A stretch of 64,000 nucleotides of DNA from Chloroflexota bacterium (GCA_036732045.1 DAINDD010000002.1:16089-80088); one strand, 5' to 3'; numbered from the stretch's first letter, positions 37,222-46,500 are shown. Program-made: numbers and translations. Notes: a model not told the origin generated them from the sequence alone.

Positions 37222-37246
37222 CGCGCTTTGGTGGGCCCGGCTGGAT
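37222..37246. repeat. distal copy of a ~25-bp direct repeat (partial tRNA 3' end; attL-like)
   Basis: CGCGCTTTGGTGGGCCCGGCTGGAT is identical to 38328-38352. Confidence 0.8.
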
Positions 37247-38327
37247 GGATATAATCCATATCCAGCATGCAAGATCGTGCCGGCGAACCAATCTCAACAG
37301 ACGAGTTCCTTCGAATCCTCGAGGAAACTGGCTCGCAGGGCGTCAACCTCTCACGGCGCAAACTAGCAAGCATCAACCTCGATGCGGCGACGTTAGCTGA
37401 CAAGCTTGGCGAGTACAGGGAATCACATGGTGACAGAACGCCAAAGTGGTGGAGTGACGTAGGAGACGTAGCTCGTCTCGATCTCCGCGGAATCATTCTC
37501 GAGGATGCAGATCTGATTCACGCGAAACTTCCCGGTGCGGATTTCTTCGACGCCCGTCTGAGGCTCGCCAATTTCGGAAGGGCCGATCTGTCAGGCTCCC
37601 TTTTGCTTTGGGCCGACCTCAGCGAGTCGTCTTTGATTAGCGCCAATCTGTCGAATGTTTCGCTGTACGGCGCAAACCTTCAAGGTGCAGACCTTACCTT
37701 CGCGAACACTGGAGGCGTACTCTGGGAGCGCGCGGCATTGGGCCGGACCAGACTATCTCGGGGACAATTGACGCCGTCGCTGCAGGACGAGGTAGAGGCG
37801 CGTAAAACAGCAAACTCAGAGAAGTTCCAAAAGGCCGCCGAGGCCTACGTAGAACATCGCCTCAACTTTCTCAGCCTAGGTCGGTATGATGACGCATCTT
37901 GGGGTCACGTTAAGGCCCAACGGCTGAAGACCGATTCAAATCGCCTTGACTTCCTAAATTACGAAAATACTTGGCGTTCAAGGACTGCTGCGTCCTTCAG
38001 ATGGATCTCAAGCAAGCTTTGGGATTGGCTGAGTGGATATGGCGAGACTCCACAAAAGCCGCTTGCCTGGGCGGGCGTACTCGCGTTGATTTTGTTTCCA
38101 CTGATCTATTGGATTGCTAGCGTCCCGGACCGGTCTGTCGGCGGTGATCCGTCGGCCATTGACTCGCTGACTTACAGCCTGACAACCTTCGGTACTCTGA
38201 GTTTCGATCGACTGCAGCCAACTACAACTGCCGCCAGTATTCTGTCCTCAACCGAGGCGTTTGCCGGGGTACTTCTCTTCTCGATGTTTATATTTACCCT
38301 GGGCAATCGAGTAGGCAAATAACGATT
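37247..38327. mobile_element. roughly 1.1-kb tRNA-associated islet bounded by direct repeats (degraded integrative-element remnant?)
   Basis: Delimited by a perfect 25-bp direct repeat, one copy of which forms the 3' end of the adjacent tRNA-Met. Carries a single cargo gene. No integrase. Confidence 0.55.
37267..38322 (+). CDS. pentapeptide-repeat protein fused to a C-terminal 2-TM pore-like (ion-channel-like) domain
   Basis: ADLxxAxLxGA repeats, then a TM-reentrant-TM region (TTFGTLSFD). Confidence 0.7.
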   Translation: MQDRAGEPISTDEFLRILEETGSQGVNLSRRKLASINLDAATLADKLGEYRESHGDRTPKWWSDVGDVARLDLRGIILEDADLIHAKLPGADFFDARLRLANFGRADLSGSLLLWADLSESSLISANLSNVSLYGANLQGADLTFANTGGVLWERAALGRTRLSRGQLTPSLQDEVEARKTANSEKFQKAAEAYVEHRLNFLSLGRYDDASWGHVKAQRLKTDSNRLDFLNYENTWRSRTAASFRWISSKLWDWLSGYGETPQKPLAWAGVLALILFPLIYWIASVPDRSVGGDPSAIDSLTYSLTTFGTLSFDRLQPTTTAASILSSTEAFAGVLLFSMFIFTLGNRVGK

Positions 38328-38352
38328 CGCGCTTTGGTGGGCCCGGCTGGAT
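38328..38352. repeat. proximal copy of the ~25-bp direct repeat (overlaps the tRNA 3' end; attR-like)
   Basis: Identical to 37222-37246. 17 nt are the tRNA acceptor/T-arm 3' end and 8 nt are flank. Confidence 0.8.
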
Positions 38353-38409
38353 TCGAACCAGCAACCGACCGGTTATGAGCCGGGCGCTCTGCCCTTGAGC
38401 TACGGGCCC
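38336..38409 (-). tRNA. tRNA-Met (anticodon CAU; could alternatively be the Ile2/lysidine type)
   Basis: Reverse complement is GGGCCCGTAGCTCAAGGGCAGAGCGCCCGGCTCATAACCGGTCGGTTGCTGGTTCGAATCCAGCCGGGCCCACCA. Cloverleaf with anticodon loop CUCAUAA, GTTCGAATC T-arm, and an encoded CCA. Confidence 0.85.
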
Positions 38410-38624
38410 GCCGGTACGCAGTTTAGCATTCAGCGCTCAGCTGTCAGCACTCAGCACAAGCATCGCCAGGTATGGTGAGACGTTAGGCCTGACATACCGC
38501 GGACTGAGTGCTCCCATCGTATTCCTTCTACGTTCGTGAGTTACGTGTAACACGATAGGCCGGGCGTCGTCTCAATATGTAGCCGCCGCTTTCGTGCGGC
38601 ATCGAACGTATAGCAGGGAGCGTT

Positions 38625-39485
38625 GTGAGCAAACCCAGTGATTACACGGGCGGTCATGTGATCGAGGTGGAACAGCCGGTACATGCTGACACGCGCAGCC
38701 TGACGCGCCACATCTGGCTGTCGCGGGCGATCGGCCTCGTGTTGCTTGTCAGCGCGCTCGGCGTGATCGCCGGCACTACCGGGTTCGGGAACACCAACTT
38801 CTTCGTGGACTCGATCGCGCTGGTCGCGTTCGCCTCGTACGTCTTCATCGCTGAAACCCGCGCCCGCAGCATTGCCGTCAACCTGGAGAAGCGTCTGCGC
38901 CTAGGCCTCCTCGTGCACAACATGGAGCTCGAGAATATGGCAATGCAGGACGACCTGACCCAGCTCTTCAACCGCCGCTATCTGTTCGAGCGGCTGGAGC
39001 GCGAGCTGGAGACGGCGAAAGCGTTCAGGCGTCCGCTGTCCGTGATCGTGATCGACCTGGACCTGATGAAGCAGGTCAACGACAACTTCGGCCACCGCGT
39101 CGGCGACGAATTGCTGACCGCGTTCGGGCGCTTTCTGCTCGACCACACGCGGACGAGCGACGTGCCGGCCCGAACGGGTGGCGACGAGTTTGCGATCATC
39201 CTGCCCGATACGTCCGACAAGGCGGCGCTGGCGCTGCGGGGAAGGCTGGCCAAGCGGCTGGAGAACATCGATCTGATCGAGAGCGACAACGTAACCATCA
39301 AGGTCACGGCGTCCTTCGGTGTTTCGAACTACCCGAAGGGCGGCGACACGGTGGACGAGATCATGCAGCAGGCTGACCTCGACATGTACGCCGAGAAGGG
39401 CCTGCGAAAGGCACAATCGACTCAGGCGCCGCAGCCTGTCGCAACCGGCGCGGGCAAGCCGCGCCTCACCAGAGCAGACGCCTAA
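38625..39485 (+). CDS. membrane-anchored diguanylate cyclase (GGDEF domain)
   Basis: Two N-terminal TM helices. GGDEF domain with RTGGDEF active site and RxxD I-site. Confidence 0.85.
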   Translation: MSKPSDYTGGHVIEVEQPVHADTRSLTRHIWLSRAIGLVLLVSALGVIAGTTGFGNTNFFVDSIALVAFASYVFIAETRARSIAVNLEKRLRLGLLVHNMELENMAMQDDLTQLFNRRYLFERLERELETAKAFRRPLSVIVIDLDLMKQVNDNFGHRVGDELLTAFGRFLLDHTRTSDVPARTGGDEFAIILPDTSDKAALALRGRLAKRLENIDLIESDNVTIKVTASFGVSNYPKGGDTVDEIMQQADLDMYAEKGLRKAQSTQAPQPVATGAGKPRLTRADA

Positions 39486-39541
39486 CAGTTACGAAGGCGT
39501 GACCGGGGGCGGGCAGAGCGCTGCGCCCTGGCCCGAGACTC

Positions 39542-40702
39542 TTAAGCCAATCCCGTCTTCTTGACCAGCGACTCCACGTAGCCGATGTCCGAGAACACGC
39601 GCTCCTTCATCGCTGGACGCTGCTCGTCGGGGACAGGTGCGGACGGCGCGTTCACCATGACAGCGAAGATGACGCCGCGGATCTGGAACTCGGCGATCGT
39701 TGCCAGGTCGTAGCCCCGGCGCCACTGTACGCGGTCAATCTTGTCGCCGAGGTGGCGCTCCAGCTCATCCAGGTAGTGGCTGATCATAGCCTCCAGGTCG
39801 TCTGGCTGCTGGTAGACCAGAAAGCGCACGACGTCGGAGCTGGAGATGCCTCGCCCCAGGATCTCCCAGTCGATCACTACCGTCCGCAGGCCGTCCGGAC
39901 CCTTTGCGATGCCGAGGTTGCGGTTGTCGAAGTCATAGTGGCAGAGCGTCATCGGCATCGACTCGACTTCCCGTAGCAGTGGCTCCGGCTGGCGGTACAA
40001 CTTCTCGACCGTGCGGCCCAGGTTCCGGGGCAGCTCCTTGATCAGGTTAACAACGCCCTCCGCCAGCCACGGCCAGCGCTCAGCGACGTAGACCGACGGC
40101 TCGGCCGGGTCCCTCCAGCCGTCGAGGATATCGACGATGCAGCGGTAGAAGTAGTCGACCGGGCGGCGCAGGCTCATCAGCCACGGCTGGTCGATGATGT
40201 CGTGGCGCTCCCAGAACGTCGCGTGGAAGGCGGCCAGGTGCGAGAGTATCGTCCGCACCACATCGTCCGGCACCTTGGCGTGCATGCCGAGAGCTTCCAT
40301 CTGGGGCCGCACATCGCGCAGCCAGGCCCAGTACTGGTGCCGCTCCGGGTGCAGGATCACTTCAACATAGGGGATGTCGAACGTGGCCGGTATTTCGGAG
40401 AGAAGACCGCACTGGAACGCCTTAAGCTCGCGGTGCTCCGTGTCACCGGTCAGCATCATCACGGCGTCCATCTCCGGCATCACGCGCAGGATGATCGACG
40501 ACTCGCCGTCGCAGGCCTTCGAGTGGTACCGGAAGGGGATCTCGTAGAACTCCTTCTGGCCGAATCGAGGGAACTCGAACGGGTCGTGGATCACCTCGAA
40601 GCTGGTAACCTCAACCGAGGGGTCGCCTAGCATCTTGCCGGCGACCTGTGAGAGGTACTCCTCCGTGATCTCTTCGATGCCGACGGGCTCTTTAGCGGCC
40701 AT
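39542..40702 (-). CDS. phosphotransferase-family protein (APH/CHK kinase-like)
   Basis: HYDFDNRN (HxDxxxxN) and DWE motifs. Confidence 0.75.
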   Translation of the reverse strand: MAAKEPVGIEEITEEYLSQVAGKMLGDPSVEVTSFEVIHDPFEFPRFGQKEFYEIPFRYHSKACDGESSIILRVMPEMDAVMMLTGDTEHRELKAFQCGLLSEIPATFDIPYVEVILHPERHQYWAWLRDVRPQMEALGMHAKVPDDVVRTILSHLAAFHATFWERHDIIDQPWLMSLRRPVDYFYRCIVDILDGWRDPAEPSVYVAERWPWLAEGVVNLIKELPRNLGRTVEKLYRQPEPLLREVESMPMTLCHYDFDNRNLGIAKGPDGLRTVVIDWEILGRGISSSDVVRFLVYQQPDDLEAMISHYLDELERHLGDKIDRVQWRRGYDLATIAEFQIRGVIFAVMVNAPSAPVPDEQRPAMKERVFSDIGYVESLVKKTGLA

Positions 40703-41122
40703 TCGCGCACCCCCTTGCAAATGATGTGTATCGTGTGCGAACGGATGGTATCACGGAGGGCTCCAAGAACCCAGAACGAAGAACCTAGAACCGGCGGAGA
40801 AGAGGGGCCTCGTGGGAGCGGTATAATCGTAGCGAGCCACTCGACGTCTTCGGCGTGAACTTCACGATACCTCGATCCCTCTGGAACCGATGATTGACCA
40901 AGGGGATTAGCGTTAGCGCGCGCGCCTAGTAATTCGTTGTCAGGTTAGCAATCAATATCCCCCTCTTCCCGAGATGCGATACTTGAGGCCGAGGTCAGGT
41001 TAAAGGACAAGTCAAGAAGCGACGATGTCAACGCCCGATTTCCGCCGGTGCAGGAGGAACGATGACGCCCGGTGCTATCAGAACCCCGAACCCGGAACTG
41101 GGGGATCGCTTCTTAGTCCTCC

Positions 41123-41980
41123 CTATGTCGCCAGGAATGCCTCGACGTGTCCCATGAACACGTCGAGCCGGTCGTGGTACACCCAGTGGCCCGCCTTCTC
41201 GACGATCACCGATTTGTGGTTCCGGATAACGTCGGCGCGGCCGGTCTTCTCCGGGTCGACGGCCCAGCTCTGGGCGCCCTTCACCAGCAGCGTCGGCGCC
41301 GCGATCTGCGACCAGATCACCATCGCATCGTCCAGGTTGAACTCGTAGGGCGAGCGGATGCGTACGTAGTTGTCGAACTTCCAGGTGTATGTGCCGTCCT
41401 CGTTGCGATTCGCGCCGTGGATCGTCAGGTGGCGGGCCATCTGTGGCGTCAGGAACGGGTTCGCCTCCAGCATGCGTTTTGTCGCGTCCTCAATCGTTGG
41501 GTAGCGGCGCGGCTGACGGCGCTCCACGTCGTGCATGTGGCCGATCCAGTCGCGCATTCGCTTGTGAGCGGGCACATGCTCCTGCATCGGCGGCCCCCAG
41601 CCTTCGACCGAGACGAGCTTCTCGATGCGCTCGGGGGCGGTGCCGGCATATTGCGCGGCGACTGCACCGCCCAGCGAGTGTCCGATGATCGTGAGCTTGC
41701 TCGCGATCATGTTGGCCAGTGTGGCGATGTCCAGCGTGAACTCCGGGATGCTGTACATGCCGCCGATCGCCCAGCCGCTGTCGCCGTGGCCGCGCAGGTC
41801 CGGCGCGTAGATCGTGTAGCGGCCCTCCAGCCGCTCGGCGACGAGGTCCCAGTTGCGCGAGTGGTCCTGGCCGCCGTGGATCAGGACGAGCGGCGGTTTG
41901 CCGCTGTCGGGATCGCCCCAGATGTTATAGTGCAGGCGGATGCGCTGCGATTCGTAGAATTCGGACAGCGGTTCGGTCAT
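41123..41980 (-). CDS. alpha/beta-fold hydrolase
   Basis: HGGQDHSRNW and GHSLGG nucleophile elbow. Internal ATG at 41980 (MTEPLSEFY). The upstream part of the 469-aa ORF is antisense noise. Confidence 0.85.
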   Translation of the reverse strand: MTEPLSEFYESQRIRLHYNIWGDPDSGKPPLVLIHGGQDHSRNWDLVAERLEGRYTIYAPDLRGHGDSGWAIGGMYSIPEFTLDIATLANMIASKLTIIGHSLGGAVAAQYAGTAPERIEKLVSVEGWGPPMQEHVPAHKRMRDWIGHMHDVERRQPRRYPTIEDATKRMLEANPFLTPQMARHLTIHGANRNEDGTYTWKFDNYVRIRSPYEFNLDDAMVIWSQIAAPTLLVKGAQSWAVDPEKTGRADVIRNHKSVIVEKAGHWVYHDRLDVFMGHVEAFLAT

Positions 41981-42465
41981 GCCGTACCTCCTCGCAAGTC
42001 GGCCAGGGAGCCGAAGATGCCGACCTCGCTGCCCGGAATGACGAAGGCGCCGACGGTCTTCTCGTAGAACTTCGCCGGGCCGACGCCGCCGATGATCGCG
42101 TAGGCGTAGCCCATCTCGCGCATCGAACTGAGGCAGGCGAGAAGCAGCGCCGCGCCGAGCCCATTGCCGCGCAGGTCCTCGCGCACGCCCGTTGGCCCGA
42201 AGTAGTCGCGCCGGGTGCACTCGTAGACCGCGAAGCCTCCGATCTCCGCGTCCTTCAGGCCGATGTAGCAGCTGATCGGGGTGGCGGCGAAGGCGCGATC
42301 CGCCTCCATCGCCCAGACGTCGTGAAAGTTCTTCCGCACGAACGCGATCACTGCGTCGCGGTCCCAGGGATCGGCGCGGCGGATGCGCAGACCGGCGGCG
42401 GCGATCCGCTGCAGGCCGGGCGCAGGATCGGGCAGGTCGTAGAGGCGGGCGAGCATGTCTGGCAT
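41977..42465 (-). CDS. GNAT-family N-acetyltransferase
   Basis: RGNGLGAALL acetyl-CoA-binding motif. Stop/start overlap with the hydrolase. Confidence 0.75.
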   Translation of the reverse strand: MPDMLARLYDLPDPAPGLQRIAAAGLRIRRADPWDRDAVIAFVRKNFHDVWAMEADRAFAATPISCYIGLKDAEIGGFAVYECTRRDYFGPTGVREDLRGNGLGAALLLACLSSMREMGYAYAIIGGVGPAKFYEKTVGAFVIPGSEVGIFGSLADLRGGTA

Positions 42466-42514
42466 GGCGGAGGCTATGATAGCAAGACTCGATAGCATGA
42501 GCGGAGATCACCCA

Positions 42515-42853
42515 ATGATTACAGGCGTGCATGCTCCTTTCTACACAACAGATCCTGAGGGCGCCCGGGCGTTCCTCAGGGACAAGCTTCAGCTTCCGCA
42601 GTTCGACGCCATGCCCGGTTGGCCGCTTTTCGACGCTCCGTCAGGCATCGTCGGCTGCCACCCCAGCGCCCAGCCTGCGCACGGAATTGCATTCTCCTGC
42701 GATGACATCCACGCCACGATCGCCGAACTACAGGGCCGCGGTGTGCGTTTCCTTGCCCCGGTGCAAGAAGAGCCCTGGGGCTGGACAACCGAGTTCGACG
42801 TTCCCGGGGCCGGCGCCGTTCAACTCTATCAGCCAAAGTACTCGCATCCCTGA
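42515..42853 (+). CDS. VOC-family (glyoxalase/bleomycin-resistance fold) protein
   Basis: About 110 aa, single VOC module (ITGVHAPFYTTDPEGARAF...). Start uncertain (42497 or 42515). Confidence 0.65.
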   Translation: MITGVHAPFYTTDPEGARAFLRDKLQLPQFDAMPGWPLFDAPSGIVGCHPSAQPAHGIAFSCDDIHATIAELQGRGVRFLAPVQEEPWGWTTEFDVPGAGAVQLYQPKYSHP

Positions 42854-42858
42854 TCCCG

Positions 42859-43128
42859 ATGCCTTACCTGACCGTCCGGGTCACACCCGGCGCCCGCGAC
42901 TCCACGGTGACCGGCTGGCAGGGCGATGTTCTCCTCGTGCGCGTCCGCGAGAAGGCCGAGAAAGGCCGCGCCAACGAGGCGGTGGCGAGGCTCCTCGCGA
43001 AGTCGCTCGGCGTGCCGGCGACCGCGGTCGCCCTCAAGCGCGGCCCGACATCCCGCGAGAAGCTGTTCGAGGTCGACGGGCTGGACGACGCTGAGGTCAG
43101 ACGGCGGCTTGGCGCGCCGATGCTCTAG
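42859..43128 (+). CDS. DUF167 (YggU/UPF0235)-family protein
   Basis: LTVRVTPGARDS...GDVLLVRV...RANEAV family signature. Confidence 0.7.
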   Translation: MPYLTVRVTPGARDSTVTGWQGDVLLVRVREKAEKGRANEAVARLLAKSLGVPATAVALKRGPTSREKLFEVDGLDDAEVRRRLGAPML

Positions 43129-43183
43129 AGGAATGGGAAACCGGAAGGTTTCCTTGTTCCCCGTTCCCAGTTCCTCCCGTTCC

Positions 43184-44383
43184 TTACTCAAAGTCCCAGG
43201 GGTTGCCCTGGCTGAATGACTGCAGCACCTTGCGCGCGACGACCATGCGGTGCACCTCGTCTGGGCCGTCGTAGATGCGGGCCGCGCGCGCTTGCCGGTA
43301 CATCGACTCCAGCGGGGTATCGCCGGAGACGCCGAGTGCGCCGTGCACCTGGATCGCGCGGTCGATCACGTCGTGCAGGATCTTCGCGCCAAAGAACTTG
43401 ATCAGCGAAATCTCGACGCGGGCTTCTGTTCCCTGGTCGACCTTTTGCGCGGCGTGGAGGGTCAAGAGGCGCGCGGCCTGGATCTCAGCTACCGAGTCGG
43501 CGATCCAGTTCTGCACCGTCTGCTTCTGGGCCAGCGTGCTGCCGAACGCTTGGCGGGTAAGCGCGCGAGTGCACATTAGATCGAAGGCGCGCTGCATCTG
43601 CCCGAGCCAGCGCATGCAGTGGTGGATGCGCCCCGGCCCCAGCCGCTTCTGGGCGATCATGAAGCCGTCGCCGGGCCGGCCGAGGGTGTTGGTCACCGGC
43701 ACGCGCACGTCGCGGTACATCACCTCGCAGTGGTTGCCGCGTGTCTCGCCCATCACCGGAACCGAGCGGACGATGTCGACGCCGGGCGTCTGCAGAGGGA
43801 CGATGATCTGGCTCATGCGGCGATGCGCATCGCCCTCAGGGTCGGAGACGCACATAACGATGGCGAATGTGGCCCCGATGGCACCGCTGGTGAACCACTT
43901 GTGGCCGTTAATCACCCAATCGTCGCCGTCGCGGGCGGAGCGCGTCTGCAGGCCAGTCGGGTCAGCGCCGGAGACTTCGGGTTCTGTCATCGAAAAGCAG
44001 GAGCGGATGTCGCCGTTGACGAGCGGCTTCAGCCACTGTGCCTTCTGCTCGTCCGAGCCGAACTGCCAGAGGATTTCGGCGTTGCCGGAGTCCGGCGCCT
44101 GGGAGCCGAACGCGCGCGGCGCCAGGTAGCTGCGGCCCAGGATCTCGTTCATGTAGACGTACGGCATGAAGCCGATGCCCATACCGCCGGCCTCCTTGGG
44201 CAGGTGCGGCGCCCAGTAGCCCATCTTCTTCGTGCGCGATTGTAGGTCGCGGATCAGCGACTCGGCCTGCTCCGGCGGCGCCTCCTCCAGAGCTTCTTCG
44301 TTCGGGTAAATGTGCTCGTCCATGAAGGCGCGCACGTTCGTGCGGATCTCGCGGATTTCGGGTGTAAGCGTGTAATCGGCCAT
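43184..44383 (-). CDS. acyl-CoA dehydrogenase
   Basis: ACAD N/M/C domains (WFTSGA, QVHGALG). Confidence 0.9.
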   Translation of the reverse strand: MADYTLTPEIREIRTNVRAFMDEHIYPNEEALEEAPPEQAESLIRDLQSRTKKMGYWAPHLPKEAGGMGIGFMPYVYMNEILGRSYLAPRAFGSQAPDSGNAEILWQFGSDEQKAQWLKPLVNGDIRSCFSMTEPEVSGADPTGLQTRSARDGDDWVINGHKWFTSGAIGATFAIVMCVSDPEGDAHRRMSQIIVPLQTPGVDIVRSVPVMGETRGNHCEVMYRDVRVPVTNTLGRPGDGFMIAQKRLGPGRIHHCMRWLGQMQRAFDLMCTRALTRQAFGSTLAQKQTVQNWIADSVAEIQAARLLTLHAAQKVDQGTEARVEISLIKFFGAKILHDVIDRAIQVHGALGVSGDTPLESMYRQARAARIYDGPDEVHRMVVARKVLQSFSQGNPWDFE

Positions 44384-44405
44384 GGGGCTCCTCCGTTTCG
44401 CTCCA

Positions 44406-45485
44406 TTAAACTGGTAGTCGACGAATTTTGTCCAAAAATGCTCCTATTTCGGTTGTCCAGAAGTTTTCATCTGTCCAGAACCACTTAGCTATTAGCAGAT
44501 CTGCTAGCTCTTCAGCTAATTGCACCTTGTTGACCTCGACACCCAGTATGCCATTGATAACTCCAACCACCGATGAGTCTGCGGGCCGTGACGCCACACG
44601 CGCGATGAAGTCTTGCAAGGTCAATGTACCGATCGCGCCCATCGACGATAGGGCGGCATAGAGATGCTCCGGGTCGAATGCGGATTCGAAGTCAATCTTG
44701 AATGAGAAGGTCTCGTCGACGTGGACGATGCCCTGCTTGACAAGTTGATCAAAGATATCTCTTACCTGCCCATCATTGTCGCCTTGAAGAAAGAGTCGGT
44801 AACCTTGCTTTTTCAACTGATTGGCAAGGGCGAGGAGTTTGGTCGGCTGGCGATTACCTGCTCCGTAGTAGGAGTCGATGTCTAGATGAAGGAACCAGAG
44901 AAGGCGAGTCCTCTTCAGCCGTTCGACAAAGGCTTTTTCGCTGGCACCCTCAGTGAGAATCTTGCAACTGCCGGTGCTGAACTCAGGGATGGCCTGAAGC
45001 TGAGACGCGAAATGATCTAAGTGCTTCCGCAGTTGGCCTGTCCAGCCAAAGAACGCGGCTCGGTTTTCGTCTGTCCCCCACCAATCCAAGTGGTCCTTCC
45101 AGAGCATCCGGCCGATGTGAATCTCCGTCCCGTATACGAACTGGACAAATGAATACGAAGCATCCAGCCACGCTTGTAGTTCCTCGGGACTTCGCTGTTT
45201 GAGAATGCCGAAGACGCCACTGACGTAGTTTCGGATGATTTCGGAGGCGACCCCGCACCGGATTTCGGCTAATCGACTTGGCCGCCCGTAAGGGTCCGGC
45301 TGGGTGTACTTACAGTAGTCACTTCTTCCGCACTTCCTGTCGCATTCCATATAAGGAATCCACGTGTCGATAAAGAGCTCCGACAATTCGTCAGGCCCGT
45401 ACTCGCCGGTCAACGCGGACTTATCCAGTTCGTCGAGCATCAGAGAGAGCCCGGTTAGGTCGATGGTGGATGCCTTATCGTCCAC
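44406..45485 (-). CDS. hypothetical protein in a low-GC segment (ORFan; Cys-cluster MECDRKCGRSDYC)
   Basis: About 345-360 aa depending on the start (GTG 45485 or ATG 45440). GC is markedly lower than the flanks. No recognizable domain. The high-GC N-terminal extension in the ORF track overlaps the upstream gene and is rejected. Confidence 0.5.
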   Translation of the reverse strand: MDDKASTIDLTGLSLMLDELDKSALTGEYGPDELSELFIDTWIPYMECDRKCGRSDYCKYTQPDPYGRPSRLAEIRCGVASEIIRNYVSGVFGILKQRSPEELQAWLDASYSFVQFVYGTEIHIGRMLWKDHLDWWGTDENRAAFFGWTGQLRKHLDHFASQLQAIPEFSTGSCKILTEGASEKAFVERLKRTRLLWFLHLDIDSYYGAGNRQPTKLLALANQLKKQGYRLFLQGDNDGQVRDIFDQLVKQGIVHVDETFSFKIDFESAFDPEHLYAALSSMGAIGTLTLQDFIARVASRPADSSVVGVINGILGVEVNKVQLAEELADLLIAKWFWTDENFWTTEIGAFLDKIRRLPV

Positions 45486-45495
45486 GTGGGGTTCG

Positions 45496-46500
45496 TCAGC
45501 GCGGCGCGAGGGCCCGGAAGGCGGCGAGACTTTGCTCTCGCTGACCCTCGGGGTCTCGCGCGGTCGGGATGATGTTGATGATGGGCGTGGTGATGCCATT
45601 CTCGCAGTACGCCTTGATCTTGTCGCGGCAGTCGGCCGGGCTGCCAAAGACGAAGATGTCTTCGACGACCTGCGGCGGCACGAGGCCGACGGCGCCCTGG
45701 CGGTCGCCGGCCTGCCAGGCCTTCATCATTGGCGCCAGGACCTCGCCGCGCCCCAGCCACTCGTGGAAGGCGTAATAGAATGGCGTGGTCAGATAGGCGG
45801 ATACGATGAAGCGGCCGATCATCTGCGCGGCCTGCGCGTCTTCCGTCCAGATGACGAAGATGCGGCAGGCCAGGTCGAACACGGCGGCGTTCCTGCTGGC
45901 GGCCGCCGCTGCTTCCGAAGCGATCCGCGAGATGCGGACGGCGTCGTAAGGGGCGATGTAGTTCGTGATAGCGCCGTCGGCCTGCTCGGCGGCGAGGCGC
46001 AGCATCTTCTCACGGAGCGCGGCGATGTACAGCTTAGGCGGTACGGGGGGCGCGCGGCCCAGGCGAAAGCCCTTGACGTCGTACGGGCCGACCTTCGTCA
46101 CCATCTTCTCGCCGGCCCACGCTTGCTTGAGGAAGGCGATCGTCTCGCGCATGCGGCGCATCGGCTGCTCTAGCGGGACGCCGTTCCACCGCTCGACGAT
46201 GGCGGGCGAGCTAGTGCCGATGCCCAGGCAGAAGCGCCCGGGCGCCAGTTCTTCGAGTGCGGCCGCGGTCTGCGCGAGCAGCGTTGGGGTGCGCGTGTAG
46301 ACGCTGGCTATGGCGCAGCCGAGGCGCGTCTTCGGCGCCCAGGCGGCGAAGGCGGCCAGCGGCGTGAAGGCGTCGTTCGACTCCACCTCAGCCGACCAAG
46401 CGTCAGTGTAGCCCAGATCCTCCGCTTCCTTGAGGATCGGGCCGTGCTCGGACAGCGAGATGCCCTGCAGCGGATAGGTCAGGCCCCAGCGCGCCGTCAT
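45496..46500 (-). CDS. luciferase-like monooxygenase (LLM class, F420/flavin-dependent oxidoreductase)
   Basis: TIM-barrel LLM family pattern (GLGTSSPAIVERWNG...). Confidence 0.8.
   Translation of the reverse strand: MTARWGLTYPLQGISLSEHGPILKEAEDLGYTDAWSAEVESNDAFTPLAAFAAWAPKTRLGCAIASVYTRTPTLLAQTAAALEELAPGRFCLGIGTSSPAIVERWNGVPLEQPMRRMRETIAFLKQAWAGEKMVTKVGPYDVKGFRLGRAPPVPPKLYIAALREKMLRLAAEQADGAITNYIAPYDAVRISRIASEAAAAASRNAAVFDLACRIFVIWTEDAQAAQMIGRFIVSAYLTTPFYYAFHEWLGRGEVLAPMMKAWQAGDRQGAVGLVPPQVVEDIFVFGSPADCRDKIKAYCENGITTPIINIIPTARDPEGQREQSLAAFRALAPR

Noticed and set aside
35993-40961. Shared 12-mer GTCAGGTTAGCA near both APH-like kinase genes as a possible common operator
   Set aside because: Expected number of chance-repeated 12-mers in a 64-kb two-strand window is in the hundreds. 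Positions relative to the two starts differ (adjacent versus about 230 bp upstream).
41123-42532. 469-aa minus-strand ORF taken at face value
   Set aside because: The first roughly 184 codons are an out-of-frame overlap of the GNAT gene (Arg-rich junk). Only the C-terminal 286 aa (from MTEPLSEFY) form the alpha/beta hydrolase.
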